From an uncultured delta proteobacterium (GTDB taxonomy: Bacteria > Desulfobacterota > Binatia > UBA9968), in contig CAVUVW010000020.1 in assembly GCA_963745035.1 (NCBI GenBank), positions 84,940 to 148,939 on the forward strand: a stretch of DNA of 64,000 bases, in the 5' to 3' direction. The translations under genes were made by a program, and so were the position numbers. Below, piece by piece: positions 9,392-19,337 of the stretch. Position 1 is the first letter of the stretch; each line of letters opens with the position of its first letter. The notes beneath the pieces were generated by a model. It was not told the origin of the DNA. It did no database searches and was given only the letters and a program-made list of their open reading frames with translations.

Positions 9392-9729
9392 GATCCTTCC
9401 AGATTAGCACGGACAACGCCGGGCTCTTCTTCCGTGGTTCACGTCTTAGAATGCTAAGCAGGAATCCATTCTGGAGTGAATTCTGGAGTGACAAAACGTT
9501 AGCGTTCCGTCATACCCGCGCTTCGACGTTGCTCAGGATAAACTCCGGCGGGTATCCAGCTAATTGCGGCGGAGAACAAACCTGGATTCGTTGCGCGGGA
9601 ACGACGAATCGTGAGGAAAACGTGCCGAGGAAAATCTGCATTCATCTTCCAAAGCTTATGAATCACTCCTTTGAAAAATGCCGCTAGCGAAGATTTCTCA
9701 CTTCGTTCGAAATAACAAGTGAATCACCG

Positions 9730-9745
9730 TGGCATATGCCTTGCT
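9730..9745 (+). promoter_or_regulatory. sigma54 promoter
   Basis: TGGCATATGCCTTGCT. Confidence 0.75.
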
Positions 9746-9757
9746 CAAACTGGGCTG

Positions 9758-10540
9758 GTGATTGAGCGCACGATTCGCATCGCGGCGGTAGGCGATCTTC
9801 ACTACCGGGCCGGCAGCGAGGGAAAATTCAAATCGGCCTTCGCCGAGATCTCCGATCTCGCCGACATTCTTCTCCTGTGCGGCGACATCATCGATTACGG
9901 CCTGCCTGAAGAAGCGCGCATGCTGATGAAAGACATCAGCGAAACCGCCAAACGCATCACCATCATCGGCGTGCTCGGCAACCACGAATTCGAATCCGGC
10001 AAAGTCGACGAGGTGGTGCAGATCTTCAAGGGCGGCGGCATCACGATTCTCGACGGCGAGGCCTGTGAAGTGCAAGGCGTCGGCTTCGCCGGAGTCAAAG
10101 GTTTTCTCGGTGGATTTGGCGGCCGCGTGCTCGCGCCCTGGGGCGAGCCGAGCATCAAGCACTTCGTCCACGAGGCGGTCGAGGAGGCGCTCAAGCTCGA
10201 ATCGGCCTTGGCGCGGCTGCGCACCCCGTCGCGCATCGCGCTGCTGCACTATGCGCCGATTCGCGCCACGGTCGAGGGCGAGCCGCCGGAAATTTTTCCG
10301 TTCCTTGGCTGCAGCCGCTTGGAAGAACCTTTGAACCGCTACCCGGTCGCGGCGGCGTTCCATGGTCACGCGCATAACGGCGCGCCCGAAGGCAGGACCA
10401 GCGGCGGCATCCCGGTCTACAACGTCGCCATGAAGCTGTTGGAGAAAACTTTTCCCGGCCGCATGCCCTGCCGGATCATCGAAGTGCGGGCCGGCGCCGA
10501 GCAGCGCGGCGACGCCGCTCACGCGCCGCCGCCGGTATAA
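9758..10540 (+). CDS. Calcineurin-like metallophosphoesterase
   Basis: GDLH, CGD, GNHE, LLHY, HGHAH motifs; start moved to GTG 9758 because the promoter lies inside the longer ORF. Confidence 0.9.
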   Translation: MIERTIRIAAVGDLHYRAGSEGKFKSAFAEISDLADILLLCGDIIDYGLPEEARMLMKDISETAKRITIIGVLGNHEFESGKVDEVVQIFKGGGITILDGEACEVQGVGFAGVKGFLGGFGGRVLAPWGEPSIKHFVHEAVEEALKLESALARLRTPSRIALLHYAPIRATVEGEPPEIFPFLGCSRLEEPLNRYPVAAAFHGHAHNGAPEGRTSGGIPVYNVAMKLLEKTFPGRMPCRIIEVRAGAEQRGDAAHAPPPV

Positions 10541-10544
10541 TCCC

Positions 10545-11336
10545 ATGATCGATGGACACAACCGGATTCATGATTTCTATCGAGACGTCCTCGATATTTT
10601 GCACGAGGGCAAAATTCCCATCCTGATCGGCGGCGCCTTCGCACAGGAGTACTTCACCGGCATCACGCGCGACACCAAGGATCTCGATGTCTTCTTGCGC
10701 GAAGTCGACCTTGGCCGCGCCCTCGACGCTCTCGGCGCCGCCGGCTACCGCACCGAGATCAAGTTTTCCCATTGGCTTGGCAAGGTCCACGACAACCAGA
10801 GCGAGCAATTCGTCGACATTATTTTCAACTCCGGCAACGGGCTCTGCAAAGTGGACGACATCTGGTTCGACAATGCTCCCTGCGGCACGGCGTTCGGCCG
10901 GCCGGTGAAATTTTGCCCGGTAGAGGAGACCATCTGGCAAAAGGCGTTTATCATGGAGCGCGAGCGCTACGACGGCGCCGATATCGCCCATCTGCTGCGC
11001 GCGCAGAGCGAGAAATTGGATTGGCATCGCCTGCTCCAGCGTTTCGACCGGCACTGGCGCGTGCTGCTGAGCTACATCACGCTGTATGGCTACATCTATC
11101 CGACCGAGCGCAGCAGAATCCCGCGCTGGGTGGAGCGCGAGCTTTTGCGATTGAGCGCCAGCGAGATCGGCCGCGACGAGCAGGGACCGCCGGTGTGCGC
11201 CGGGACCATTCTCTCGCGCGCTCAGTTCCAGATCGACGTCGATCTCTGGGGTTACCGCGACATCCGCACGCCCGAGCTCATGACCTCTCAGGAAGTCCGC
11301 CGCTGGACCGACGCGGCGGAGGAAGAGCGAAAATAA
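10545..11336 (+). CDS. Pol-beta superfamily nucleotidyltransferase
   Basis: IGGAFA...TKDLDVF (GG + DxD) and a third acidic residue in FVDII. Confidence 0.85.
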   Translation: MIDGHNRIHDFYRDVLDILHEGKIPILIGGAFAQEYFTGITRDTKDLDVFLREVDLGRALDALGAAGYRTEIKFSHWLGKVHDNQSEQFVDIIFNSGNGLCKVDDIWFDNAPCGTAFGRPVKFCPVEETIWQKAFIMERERYDGADIAHLLRAQSEKLDWHRLLQRFDRHWRVLLSYITLYGYIYPTERSRIPRWVERELLRLSASEIGRDEQGPPVCAGTILSRAQFQIDVDLWGYRDIRTPELMTSQEVRRWTDAAEEERK

Positions 11337-11346
11337 CGGCAGCAAA

Positions 11347-11433
11347 TGTAGGCGCGGGTTTGAAACCCGCCCCTACGGGATACGCGAATATTACTAGATG
11401 ATTCGACGGGCGACCCGCCGGTCGCCCCTACAA
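11347..11433. repeat. GTAG-type REP palindromes (doublet)
   Basis: TGTAGGCGCGGGTTTGAAACCCGCCCCTACG and GGGCGACCCGCCGGTCGCCCCTACA between convergent genes. Confidence 0.8.
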
Positions 11434-11476
11434 TTTTGCGTCTCTGCGGAACTTCTCCCGCGTGCTGCGCAGGACG

Positions 11477-13111
11477 CTACTTTTTTCCGCGGCGCTCGTC
11501 TACGTTTTGTTCCAAGCCCGGCAGTATCGCTTGAAAAAACGCGTTTTGAATCAGCCCGACGGCGACTTCCAAGTTGCTGGTGTCAGGATTGGACAAGCGG
11601 CCCGATATCCGGGTCGTGGTAGCGACCTCCTCGCGCGGGCGATTTTCCAGGAGCCATGACAATCCGCCGAGAATTCCCTCGTACATCTGGCGCAGAATGC
11701 CTTTCTTGCGGTCCTGCTTGCGATCGTAGACGTCGACTTCGCGGAACAGCGGCTTGACGTAGCCGTCCACCACGCCTTCGCGCACGGCGATTTCGCTGAA
11801 CAAAGAAAAATGCCCCGCCTTGACATCGAAATTGCCGGTGGCGAGAAACAGCTTGTTCATGGTTTTCATGTCGGTGTCTTCGATGGCCACGTCCAAGTCC
11901 AAATTGGCGCTCTTGCCGTGCGGCCGAAAGTGCGCCGTCGCGCGCACCTTGCCCGATCCCATAAACAAGCCGCTCGCCCGCGCCGATGCCACGCCATCTT
12001 TGCCCTGATTGCTGAGATTGTCGATTTCCAGGCGCATATCCTTGACGAACAAGTGATACGTCGGATTGCTCGCCTTGTTGATCAACCCCATCTCCGCGCC
12101 GGAGATGCGCACGCGATCCAGGCGCACTTCGAGCCCTGGGTCATTGCTCTGTTTCTCGATCGCGCGCCCGGTCTTTTTCGACAGCTCCTCGGTCGGTCCG
12201 GTCTTGTCCTTGACGTGCAGGTAGTCCGCCGCCAGCCCGTCGATGCGCAGGTCAGGCACGTCGAGAATTTTTTTCTTCGCCGCGTATTCCAAAGTGCCCG
12301 CCGTGCTGACCACGCCGCCGCGCACCGCGAACTGGTAGCGTTCGATCAGTGGACGGAAATAGCTTAGGTCGATGCGGTCTAAATTCACCTTGGCACGGAA
12401 CGCCACGTGAGGCTCGGCGAGAAAATCGGCATGGCCGTTGAGCTCCACCCGCCCCTTTTCGAAAACCGCGCCGCTCAAGTACACCTCGGACGGATACTCG
12501 CCCTCGCTAGATTGGATGTTGCGAATGTTCTGCGCGAGAAACTCGAGATTTCTGATCTCCAGCGGCCGGTACGGGCCACGGTCCGTGTAAGTAAGCCGGC
12601 CGTTGGTGATAGCGAATTCGTTGATCTCCAGAGGATAGATCGCCTGCAGCGCGGCCTGCCAGCCGCGCTCGTGCAGCTTGGTCGGGTCGCGCCGTTCGCT
12701 CTCCGAATGGGTGAGATTGATCGATAGCACCGGGTCGTCGATGGCCAAATAGGCGACCACGCGCCCGAACAGCAGCGCCTTCCAATTCACGCTCGCGGTA
12801 AGATTCGGAATCTGCGCCACCGCCGGCTCGGGATTTTCGTTTTGGCGGATTTCCACGTCTTCGAGATCGAGGGAAAAGCCGATGGGATGGAAATCGAGCT
12901 TGCCGATCCGTACGGTGTAGCCCTTCAGCGCGGCGTTGATGCGCGCTTCGGTCTGGCGGCGCAGCGGCTCGTCGATGAAATAGGCCAGGGCGATGGCGAG
13001 GAGCACGAGAATGCCGAGCGCCAAGGCGACGCGAAATGATAATGTACCGCGTGAAAAGGACGGGAGGCGCTGTGCTAATGCCGGCCAGGAATGCCGCCGG
13101 ATGATGTCCAT
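11477..13111 (-). CDS. DUF748/AsmA-like protein
   Basis: N-terminal TM anchor, beta-rich repeats, GYVKPLF and NAFF..I.PG motifs. Confidence 0.85.
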   Translation of the reverse strand: MDIIRRHSWPALAQRLPSFSRGTLSFRVALALGILVLLAIALAYFIDEPLRRQTEARINAALKGYTVRIGKLDFHPIGFSLDLEDVEIRQNENPEPAVAQIPNLTASVNWKALLFGRVVAYLAIDDPVLSINLTHSESERRDPTKLHERGWQAALQAIYPLEINEFAITNGRLTYTDRGPYRPLEIRNLEFLAQNIRNIQSSEGEYPSEVYLSGAVFEKGRVELNGHADFLAEPHVAFRAKVNLDRIDLSYFRPLIERYQFAVRGGVVSTAGTLEYAAKKKILDVPDLRIDGLAADYLHVKDKTGPTEELSKKTGRAIEKQSNDPGLEVRLDRVRISGAEMGLINKASNPTYHLFVKDMRLEIDNLSNQGKDGVASARASGLFMGSGKVRATAHFRPHGKSANLDLDVAIEDTDMKTMNKLFLATGNFDVKAGHFSLFSEIAVREGVVDGYVKPLFREVDVYDRKQDRKKGILRQMYEGILGGLSWLLENRPREEVATTTRISGRLSNPDTSNLEVAVGLIQNAFFQAILPGLEQNVDERRGKK

Positions 13112-13374
13112 GGCGAGTGTGCGACGTGGGCGGCCGCGCGGGCGCCGACGCTAAGAAGGTTTCCCCTCGACGGGCGTGGCGCCGGGCCGACCGCCGCAGG
13201 CGCGCGCATGCCGGTTAGACTCTTCACGCGACGTGAACCAGCGCGCGCCGTCGGCGCAGCACCAACGCCGCGTCTCGCCGCTTTCCTGCGTTTCCAAAGT
13301 GCGCACCGCCTCGCGCATCGAGCTCATCTGCCCACCTCATCGTCGAAAATTCTGGAGAATCAGTCGCGCCGCGA

Positions 13375-14145
13375 TCAACCTTTAGGCGGGCCGTCTGCCG
13401 GCGCGCGCTGAAAGGAATGGAGATAGCGCCGTCCCCTTTCATAGCCGCGGCGAAAAGCCTCATCGCCGCAAAGATCCGGATAGCGCCGGCGCAAATCCTG
13501 CTCCGCCACCGCAAAGGATCGACCGCGACACTCGCCCACCGCCGCTTCAAAGCCCGCCCGATAGATCTTTTCCTGCGCCGCGAAACCGTCGCCGTAATCG
13601 GCCGCTTCTCCCTCGCGCATGCCGATCCACCATTTGTCGCGCGCCGCGTCGACGCTCTCGGCGCCGTTCTGCTCCATAATCGAGCGCGCAGTCTCGGCGG
13701 TGTCGCGCGACTCGGCTTGTGCCACCACCAAGGTGCGGCACTGGCGCAACGCGTCTTCATAAAAGAATATTTCGTCTTTGGGCAGGCCGGTGGAGAGCGC
13801 CCGCTCCGCGGCGCTGCCACCGGCGGCGCCCAGCAGCGCGCCGCCTAAGCCGCTGCCCGCGCTCAAGCTCAATGTCAGAATCGGTCCGACTCCCGGCAAA
13901 ATCAGATTCGACAGCACCGCGCCGGCGGCGAGACCGACGGCGCCGCCGACGACGCCGCCGAGCGTCGAGCCCATGCCCGGCTGCTCGCCTTCGTCGGTGG
14001 GAACGGCCGCTATTTTTTCCGCCGCACCGTCGTCCGGCGCCAGCAGCAGCAAGTGATCGCGATCAAATTTCGCGCTCTGCGCCAAGCCGGAGAAAGCCCG
14101 CTCGCCGTCGGCGCGCGAATCGAATATGCCGGTAACTGTTTCCAT
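13375..14145 (-). CDS. General stress membrane protein (glycine-zipper, heat-induced/YflT-like)
   Basis: VTGIFDSR, GxxxG repeats, LPGVGPI, GLPKDE..FYEDALR. Confidence 0.8.
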   Translation of the reverse strand: METVTGIFDSRADGERAFSGLAQSAKFDRDHLLLLAPDDGAAEKIAAVPTDEGEQPGMGSTLGGVVGGAVGLAAGAVLSNLILPGVGPILTLSLSAGSGLGGALLGAAGGSAAERALSTGLPKDEIFFYEDALRQCRTLVVAQAESRDTAETARSIMEQNGAESVDAARDKWWIGMREGEAADYGDGFAAQEKIYRAGFEAAVGECRGRSFAVAEQDLRRRYPDLCGDEAFRRGYERGRRYLHSFQRAPADGPPKG

Positions 14146-14158
14146 GCGACGCGGAAAG

Positions 14159-14174
14159 CGCAAATAGAATGCCA
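14159..14174 (-). promoter_or_regulatory. sigma54 promoter
   Basis: Reverse complement TGGCATTCTATTTGCG. Confidence 0.7.
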
Positions 14175-14425
14175 CTCTTTGCGAAGCATCTCAGGGGTGC
14201 GATCAGCGCCTTTTCTCTCAAGCGCGGGACGATCGAGCTCGGTTCTGTCCTAGCGCACGGACATGCCTGATCGAAGATGGCGAGTTCGTCCCGCCCGCGC
14301 TCAATGGCCGAGCGCAGGATATTCTCTTCCTTGTCATTCTTTTCCTTGAGCCGCATTCCCCCGCTACCGTAGCAGACCCGCGACATCCCAGTGCCAAACT
14401 GCTGAATCAACAAAGAATCGAACGA

Positions 14426-14441
14426 TGGCATTTGTTTTGCC
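14426..14441 (+). promoter_or_regulatory. sigma54 promoter
   Basis: TGGCATTTGTTTTGCC. Confidence 0.7.
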
Positions 14442-14493
14442 TTTTAAAATCTCTTGTTAAGCGCTTAAAACACTACATCAATAAGGAGCGAAC

Positions 14494-14718
14494 ATGTTGC
14501 ATCGGATCGAGGGACAGCGCTGTCAGGCAAAGCGCAACATACGCGGCCACCAAGGGCTGGTCAGCGCCGAGTGCCGCGGCACCATCGAAGGCGCGGTCGA
14601 AAATCTCGGACGCCATTTGATCGCCGTGCGCTGGGACAATGGTCTTTGCATGTACGTGTTTCCGGACGAAATCGATATTGACGACAACGTCGAGCGTGCG
14701 CAGCGCGGCTGCTGGTAG
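14494..14718 (+). CDS. Small hypothetical protein (SH3/KOW-like beta pattern)
   Basis: 74 aa; TAAGGAG RBS; own sigma54 box; RGTI...IAVRWDNG..MYVFPDEI. Confidence 0.7.
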   Translation: MLHRIEGQRCQAKRNIRGHQGLVSAECRGTIEGAVENLGRHLIAVRWDNGLCMYVFPDEIDIDDNVERAQRGCW

Positions 14719-14757
14719 GGCGCCCAACGCGCATAAAAGTGACGAAGAGAGAATAGA

Positions 14758-16302
14758 CTAGATCGCGTCGACGAAATTCGCGCCCGCCGCATCCGGTGCC
14801 GGGGTGAGCCCGAAAGTGACGTGAAAGGTAGTTCCTTGGCCCGGCGTACTGGAATAGCTGATGGCGCCGTCGTGGGCGAGCACGATCTGCTGCACCAAGA
14901 ACAGCCCGAGGCCGATGCCGTCGGGTTTGGTCGAGCTGAACAGGTCGAAGACCTTGAGATTTTTCGGAATGCCGACGCCGGTGTCAATAATATCGACGCA
15001 CAGAGCCTGCTCGCGCTGATAAGCCTTGATGTCGAGCTTGCCGCCGTGCGGCATGGCGTCGAGCGCGTTGTCGAGCACTTGCAGCAGGGCCTGTTTGAGC
15101 TTGTCATCGTCGGCGTTGAGCAATGGTAGCTCCGGCGGGCAATCGAAAGAAACATCGACGTTCTGACGCAGGCTGCGCTTCTCGATCTGGCCGACGAGCG
15201 GCGGGATCAAGCGTTTGAGATCCACCGGGCCGAGCGCGAGCTTCTGCGGCCAGGCGATGTTCTTGAATCCGCTGAGCAGCGCCGTGAGGCGCTTCACTTC
15301 GCTCTTGAGATCTTGCAACGAAGACAGCATCGACTCGGCGCTCGGGGGCGTCGGCCTGCCGAGACAGTGCTCGAGAAGCTGCACGGTGGCGGATATCCCG
15401 TTTAGCGGGTTGCCGATCTCGTGAGCGAGAATAGAGGCCGCCGTGCCAATGGCCGCCATCTGCTCTTTTTCCCGCAAAATCTGCCGCAGGCTGGGCTCCC
15501 GCGAGTCGTCGCGCAGGAGAAAAAGAAATCCCTGCACCTCGGCGTCGTTCCACAGGGCGAACGCGGCGACGCGCGCGTAGAGGCGCCGGCCGTCCTTGCG
15601 CGCCATCCATTGATAGTGGCGCGACGTGCCCCGCTCTCTCGCTTCCTCGAAGGTATGCCGCAAGGCCTGCTCCGCGCCGGCGTCGCAAATAAGCGAGATA
15701 TGCTTGCCGAAAACTTCCACGCCCTCATAGCCGAAGAGCCCGCTCGCTTCCTGATTCCACTCGCGAATGTTGCCGTCGGTGTCGGTGGTGAAAACCGCGT
15801 AGTTGGCGAGGTTGCGCAACAACTGGCCGATGCTTTGTTCGCCGGCCTTGTCGCTCGGCCGCGCCCCCTGGGGCGGCGCCGCCGCGTTGCCGGCGGTCTC
15901 GCCCGTTGGTTTGCGCGGGTGCACGGCCACTATGGCGCGCTTGCCGTTGTCCGACGGCAACAGCGAAACCGTTGCCTCGGCGTGGAATACCGTCCCATCG
16001 GCGCGCCGGAAGCGGCGCGCGCCGCGCCGCGCCACGTTGCCCGCATGATCGGCTTCTTCGCCGCGCCGCAAGTCCGTTTGCTCGGCATAGAGCCGCGCCG
16101 AGTCCTGTCCTGCCGCCTCGGCGCGCTCATAGCCAAACAGCTCCGCCGCCGCCGGACTCCAGTAAACGATGCGATGAGAATCGAGATCTTCGATATAGAC
16201 GGCGTCGTCAATGGCGGCAAAAAGCGCGGTGAGTTGGGCTTCGTCGAGCGAACAAACGGTCCTCCTGGGGCGTGGGCTCGGGGCGCGATGTTTAGTGATC
16301 AA
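14758..16302 (-). CDS. Cytoplasmic two-PAS sensor histidine kinase (NtrB-like); start uncertain
   Basis: Two PAS domains, H-box AHEIGNPL, N-box NALDAM, DTGVGI, GIGLGL. Confidence 0.9.
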   Translation of the reverse strand: MITKHRAPSPRPRRTVCSLDEAQLTALFAAIDDAVYIEDLDSHRIVYWSPAAAELFGYERAEAAGQDSARLYAEQTDLRRGEEADHAGNVARRGARRFRRADGTVFHAEATVSLLPSDNGKRAIVAVHPRKPTGETAGNAAAPPQGARPSDKAGEQSIGQLLRNLANYAVFTTDTDGNIREWNQEASGLFGYEGVEVFGKHISLICDAGAEQALRHTFEEARERGTSRHYQWMARKDGRRLYARVAAFALWNDAEVQGFLFLLRDDSREPSLRQILREKEQMAAIGTAASILAHEIGNPLNGISATVQLLEHCLGRPTPPSAESMLSSLQDLKSEVKRLTALLSGFKNIAWPQKLALGPVDLKRLIPPLVGQIEKRSLRQNVDVSFDCPPELPLLNADDDKLKQALLQVLDNALDAMPHGGKLDIKAYQREQALCVDIIDTGVGIPKNLKVFDLFSSTKPDGIGLGLFLVQQIVLAHDGAISYSSTPGQGTTFHVTFGLTPAPDAAGANFVDAI

Positions 16303-16520
16303 AATGGCTTGTCTGAAAATTCGCGGCGTCGGATCCGTTGCCCGTTCACAGTCCCACGAACGAGACCACTTTGATCGATAGCTATTTTTTATCAGAAGAG
16401 CGACGGCGATCAAGGACTAACGCATGCCGCGGAACAGCGCAGCTCCCGAAATCAGGCAATGCCTCGCGCCCTGGTTCCGAATCCCGGCATTCAACCGCCG
16501 AGCGAAACGGTGAAAATGAT

Positions 16521-16536
16521 TGGCACGTGAGTTGCG
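16521..16536 (+). promoter_or_regulatory. sigma54 promoter with no evident downstream gene
   Basis: TGGCACGTGAGTTGCG, near-perfect consensus. Confidence 0.6.
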
Positions 16537-16652
16537 CGTCGAAGATTAAAAGCAAGACACGGGCACCGACACCAGGATGATGGAACCAGCCTGAACCACG
16601 CGCGCAAAAATTTTCTCCCACAGGTAATATGATCACGCTGGACGCCCATACA

Positions 16653-16843
16653 TTTCATGCTAAGCGCCCAGTGAAGCATCTGTTTTGTGATGGAGAAAAG
16701 CAGATTCTTCGGCTCCGCCTCAGAATGACATTTCGGTGGTCCAGTGCAGTTCATGCAGCTATTTTCGAATGAGTGACGAAGAGCACGAAGGTTAAGAGGT
16801 AAAAGATCTAAATCCTTCGTGTCCTTCGCGCCTTCGCGGTGAG
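16653..16843. repeat. Two adjacent palindromic intergenic elements
   Basis: TCATGCTAAGCG..GAAGCATCTG / CAGATTCTTCG..CTCAGAATGACA and ACGAAGAGCACGAAGG / CCTTCGTGTCCTTCG. Confidence 0.65.
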
Positions 16844-16889
16844 TCCCGCGAATTCCCACTGTCTCTAGTTTTTAATACCGAGACGACGG

Positions 16890-17480
16890 CTACCGAAACG
16901 CCAACAGCTCCACCCGGTCCTCGCCGAGCCGTTCTCCCTCGACGCGAACGGTCTCGCCGACGCGGATGCGCTGGAAGCGATTGCGGGTTTCCGCGCTCGA
17001 TCCCTCGGGTACGTAGACCGTGATCAGAGCCCCGCCCGCGGCGCGCAGCTCGAGGAACCCGCGCTCGGGCACGATCCGCTCGACAGTGCCTTCGACGGTG
17101 CGGATCGCGTCCGCGCGGCCGGCGCCTTCGAGGCTGATCTCGTCGGCGAACAGCCGCCCTCCCGTCCCCTCGCGGATCTCGACGCGGACCTGATCGCCGG
17201 TCCGAAGATCGTTCACGCCGACTCCCCGACCGTTGATGACCCGCGTGCCTGTGGTGTAGTTCACCACGTAGTGTTGGTTATTGGCGGTGCGCAGATAAAT
17301 CTCTCGAAGCTTGTGGTCGATTCCGTTCACCGTCGCGGTAACGCTCCTGGCCTCGTTCGGCCCCTCGATGGAGGGACGGGGCATGAGCGCGATATTTTCA
17401 CAAGCCGCCAGCGCTCCGCCGAGCAGCAGCGCCGCTCCCGCCCGCTTGAATGTCCCCGCGCTGATGATGGTTGGCTTCAT
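16890..17480 (-). CDS. Lipoprotein with two OB-like (DUF5666-like) repeats
   Basis: Lipobox LAAC; repeated L/IRxGDxVRVE. Confidence 0.75.
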   Translation of the reverse strand: MKPTIISAGTFKRAGAALLLGGALAACENIALMPRPSIEGPNEARSVTATVNGIDHKLREIYLRTANNQHYVVNYTTGTRVINGRGVGVNDLRTGDQVRVEIREGTGGRLFADEISLEGAGRADAIRTVEGTVERIVPERGFLELRAAGGALITVYVPEGSSAETRNRFQRIRVGETVRVEGERLGEDRVELLAFR

Positions 17481-18145
17481 GCGAGCTTTCGCAGCTCCTG
17501 GATGCGGTCGTCGGTGTCCGGATGGGTCGATAAAAATCCACCGCCACCGCCGCCGCCGGAGGCCCGGCTCACCCAAGTGAGCGCGTCGATCAGAACCTCT
17601 TTGCGATAGCCGGCGCGCTGGAGAATCGTCACGCCGTGGCGATCGGCAGCATACTCTTCCGTGCGGCTGTAGCCGCGCGCGATTAAACTGCCGGCGAGCG
17701 GCGTCACCGCGCTGCTGCCCGGCAGGAGCTGTTCCAGCAGCACGATGCCGAGCCCCAAACCGGCGCCGAGCGTCTGCAGCTTGGCGACGTGGCCGAGATC
17801 ATCGTGCGCGACCTCGTGTGCCAGGATGCCGCGCAGTTGGTCCTCGCTCGCCTTTTGCAGCAGGCCGGTGGTCACATAAAAATGGCCGCCGCCGGCGTTG
17901 GCGGCGTTGATCGAGGGATCGTCGATGATGCCGATATATACCTCGCGCGGATCCTTCGGCTGGTTCATCGCGCGCAGCAACGGCGTCATCACCCGATAGA
18001 TGCGCTGCGCCTGCTGCGGCGAGACTTGACGAATGTCCGGCGCCTGCGGCTCAGGCGGTCCGCTCGCGACCGTGCAACCGCCGACATAAACCGCAAGTGC
18101 GATTACCGCGGCGGCGAGCGCCGCCGTACCCCGTTTCGTCATCAT
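17477..18145 (-). CDS. M48 family metallopeptidase (lipoprotein)
   Basis: INAAN.GGG.FYVTTGLL, AHEVAH, YSRTEEYAAD, FLSTHP...RI. Confidence 0.92.
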   Translation of the reverse strand: MMTKRGTAALAAAVIALAVYVGGCTVASGPPEPQAPDIRQVSPQQAQRIYRVMTPLLRAMNQPKDPREVYIGIIDDPSINAANAGGGHFYVTTGLLQKASEDQLRGILAHEVAHDDLGHVAKLQTLGAGLGLGIVLLEQLLPGSSAVTPLAGSLIARGYSRTEEYAADRHGVTILQRAGYRKEVLIDALTWVSRASGGGGGGGFLSTHPDTDDRIQELRKLA

Positions 18146-18175
18146 GGGCTCCTCGCGCCGACAGCGACGCGTTCG

Positions 18176-18400
18176 TTAATAGATGATCGAACCCGACTCG
18201 ATCTGACGCTTTCTGTTCTCGTACTCTTCGCGCGAGATGCGCCGGCTCTTGAAATCGTCTTCGAGACTGTCCATCTGGCGTTTGGCTTGGATTTCATATC
18301 CGGCGCCGGTAGCCAGCGCTCCGGTGGCCGCGCCGCCGACAAATTGACAGCCTGCTTGGGTCAACGCTATGAGCATCACCAGCAAAACAAATTTTTTCAT
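18176..18400 (-). CDS. Small lipoprotein
   Basis: MKK-hydrophobic-AGC lipobox, glycine zipper; AGGAG RBS. Confidence 0.8.
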   Translation of the reverse strand: MKKFVLLVMLIALTQAGCQFVGGAATGALATGAGYEIQAKRQMDSLEDDFKSRRISREEYENRKRQIESGSIIY

Positions 18401-18468
18401 GCGAACTCCTTCTTGCTTGCCTTCACGTCACGACGCGAATCTGCATCGCGGTGCTAATTCTTCGAAGC

Positions 18469-18484
18469 AGCAACCGATGTGCCA
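18469..18484 (-). promoter_or_regulatory. sigma54 promoter
   Basis: Reverse complement TGGCACATCGGTTGCT. Confidence 0.75.
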
Positions 18485-18667
18485 CCGCCGGCAGTGTCGT
18501 AAGCGCGCGAGATTGTTAATGCTCCCGGACAAAGCGACAGCAAAGCTCTGGAGGCGAAAAGCAGACTTGTCTTAAAAATAGCGTCCGTAGCGCAAGACCC
18601 GGGAGCGGATGTTCGCGCACGCTAAATAAACGACAGACGCAAAATTTAGGGATTGAATTTTTGGAGT

Positions 18668-18697
18668 TTAGGGGGCGACCGTTCGGTCGCCCCCTAC
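18668..18697. repeat. GTAG-type REP palindrome
   Basis: TAGGGGGCGACCGTTCGGTCGCCCCCTAC, related to 11408-11433. Confidence 0.75.
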
Positions 18698-18771
18698 GTG
18701 CGGGCGCAAAAATCGTGGAAGGGGGTTAGACGCACGATCTTTGCTGAGGGCTGTCGCTTCCCGCATGTCAA

Positions 18772-19302
18772 TTACTTCGTACCACCCCAATTAAAGCCAA
18801 TGCCGACGGTGAAGACGTGATTGCCCTTGGTAGAATTATCGTCGATCGTCTCAATCCGATTAAAGAAGAATTCGTAGCGATATCCAAGATTCAAAAAAGC
18901 ACCCTCGTGAACGTAGAACTTTACTCCGGCCTGCGGTCCAATAGTACCGGTGGCATCACGATCGTTCCAAACCACGCCTAAGAATGTTCCGAGATAAGGC
19001 ACGATAATATCTGTCACCGGGAGATGCCAATTGATGAATGGCGACGTCGTCGCGACCCAGAAATCGCGCCGGTCATCTACGAAGTTGTAGTTGAGCGCTT
19101 GACGGATACCCACTTGCCAGCCTGGCGTGAAAAAAAAGCCATAGCTAAGATCGGCATTAAGACTGCCCTCGTCCGAACCCTCGGAGTGGAAAAACCCACC
19201 CGACGCCTGCACCTCACTCGATCCCCCTCGTGGAGCGGCCTCGGCTGCGCTACCTGTGAGAAGAAGAATAGTCAAAACCGCTGCGCTGAGCACATTTTTC
19301 AT
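18772..19302 (-). CDS. Small outer-membrane beta-barrel protein
   Basis: Signal peptide (AEA), alternating aromatic beta strands, C-terminal VGIGFNW; GGAGG RBS. Confidence 0.8.
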   Translation of the reverse strand: MKNVLSAAVLTILLLTGSAAEAAPRGGSSEVQASGGFFHSEGSDEGSLNADLSYGFFFTPGWQVGIRQALNYNFVDDRRDFWVATTSPFINWHLPVTDIIVPYLGTFLGVVWNDRDATGTIGPQAGVKFYVHEGAFLNLGYRYEFFFNRIETIDDNSTKGNHVFTVGIGFNWGGTK

Positions 19303-19337
19303 TGAACACACCTCCGTGAATATTGGTGCGCCAAATA

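Noticed and set aside
9430-9690. AT-richer intergenic stretch with a 12-bp tandem duplication (ATTCTGGAGTGA x2)
   Set aside because: No convincing ORF, RNA structure or further copies.
10545-11336. NTase as a CBASS or toxin-antitoxin defence gene
   Set aside because: No Cap effector or HEPN partner; the context and promoter are those of the stress island.
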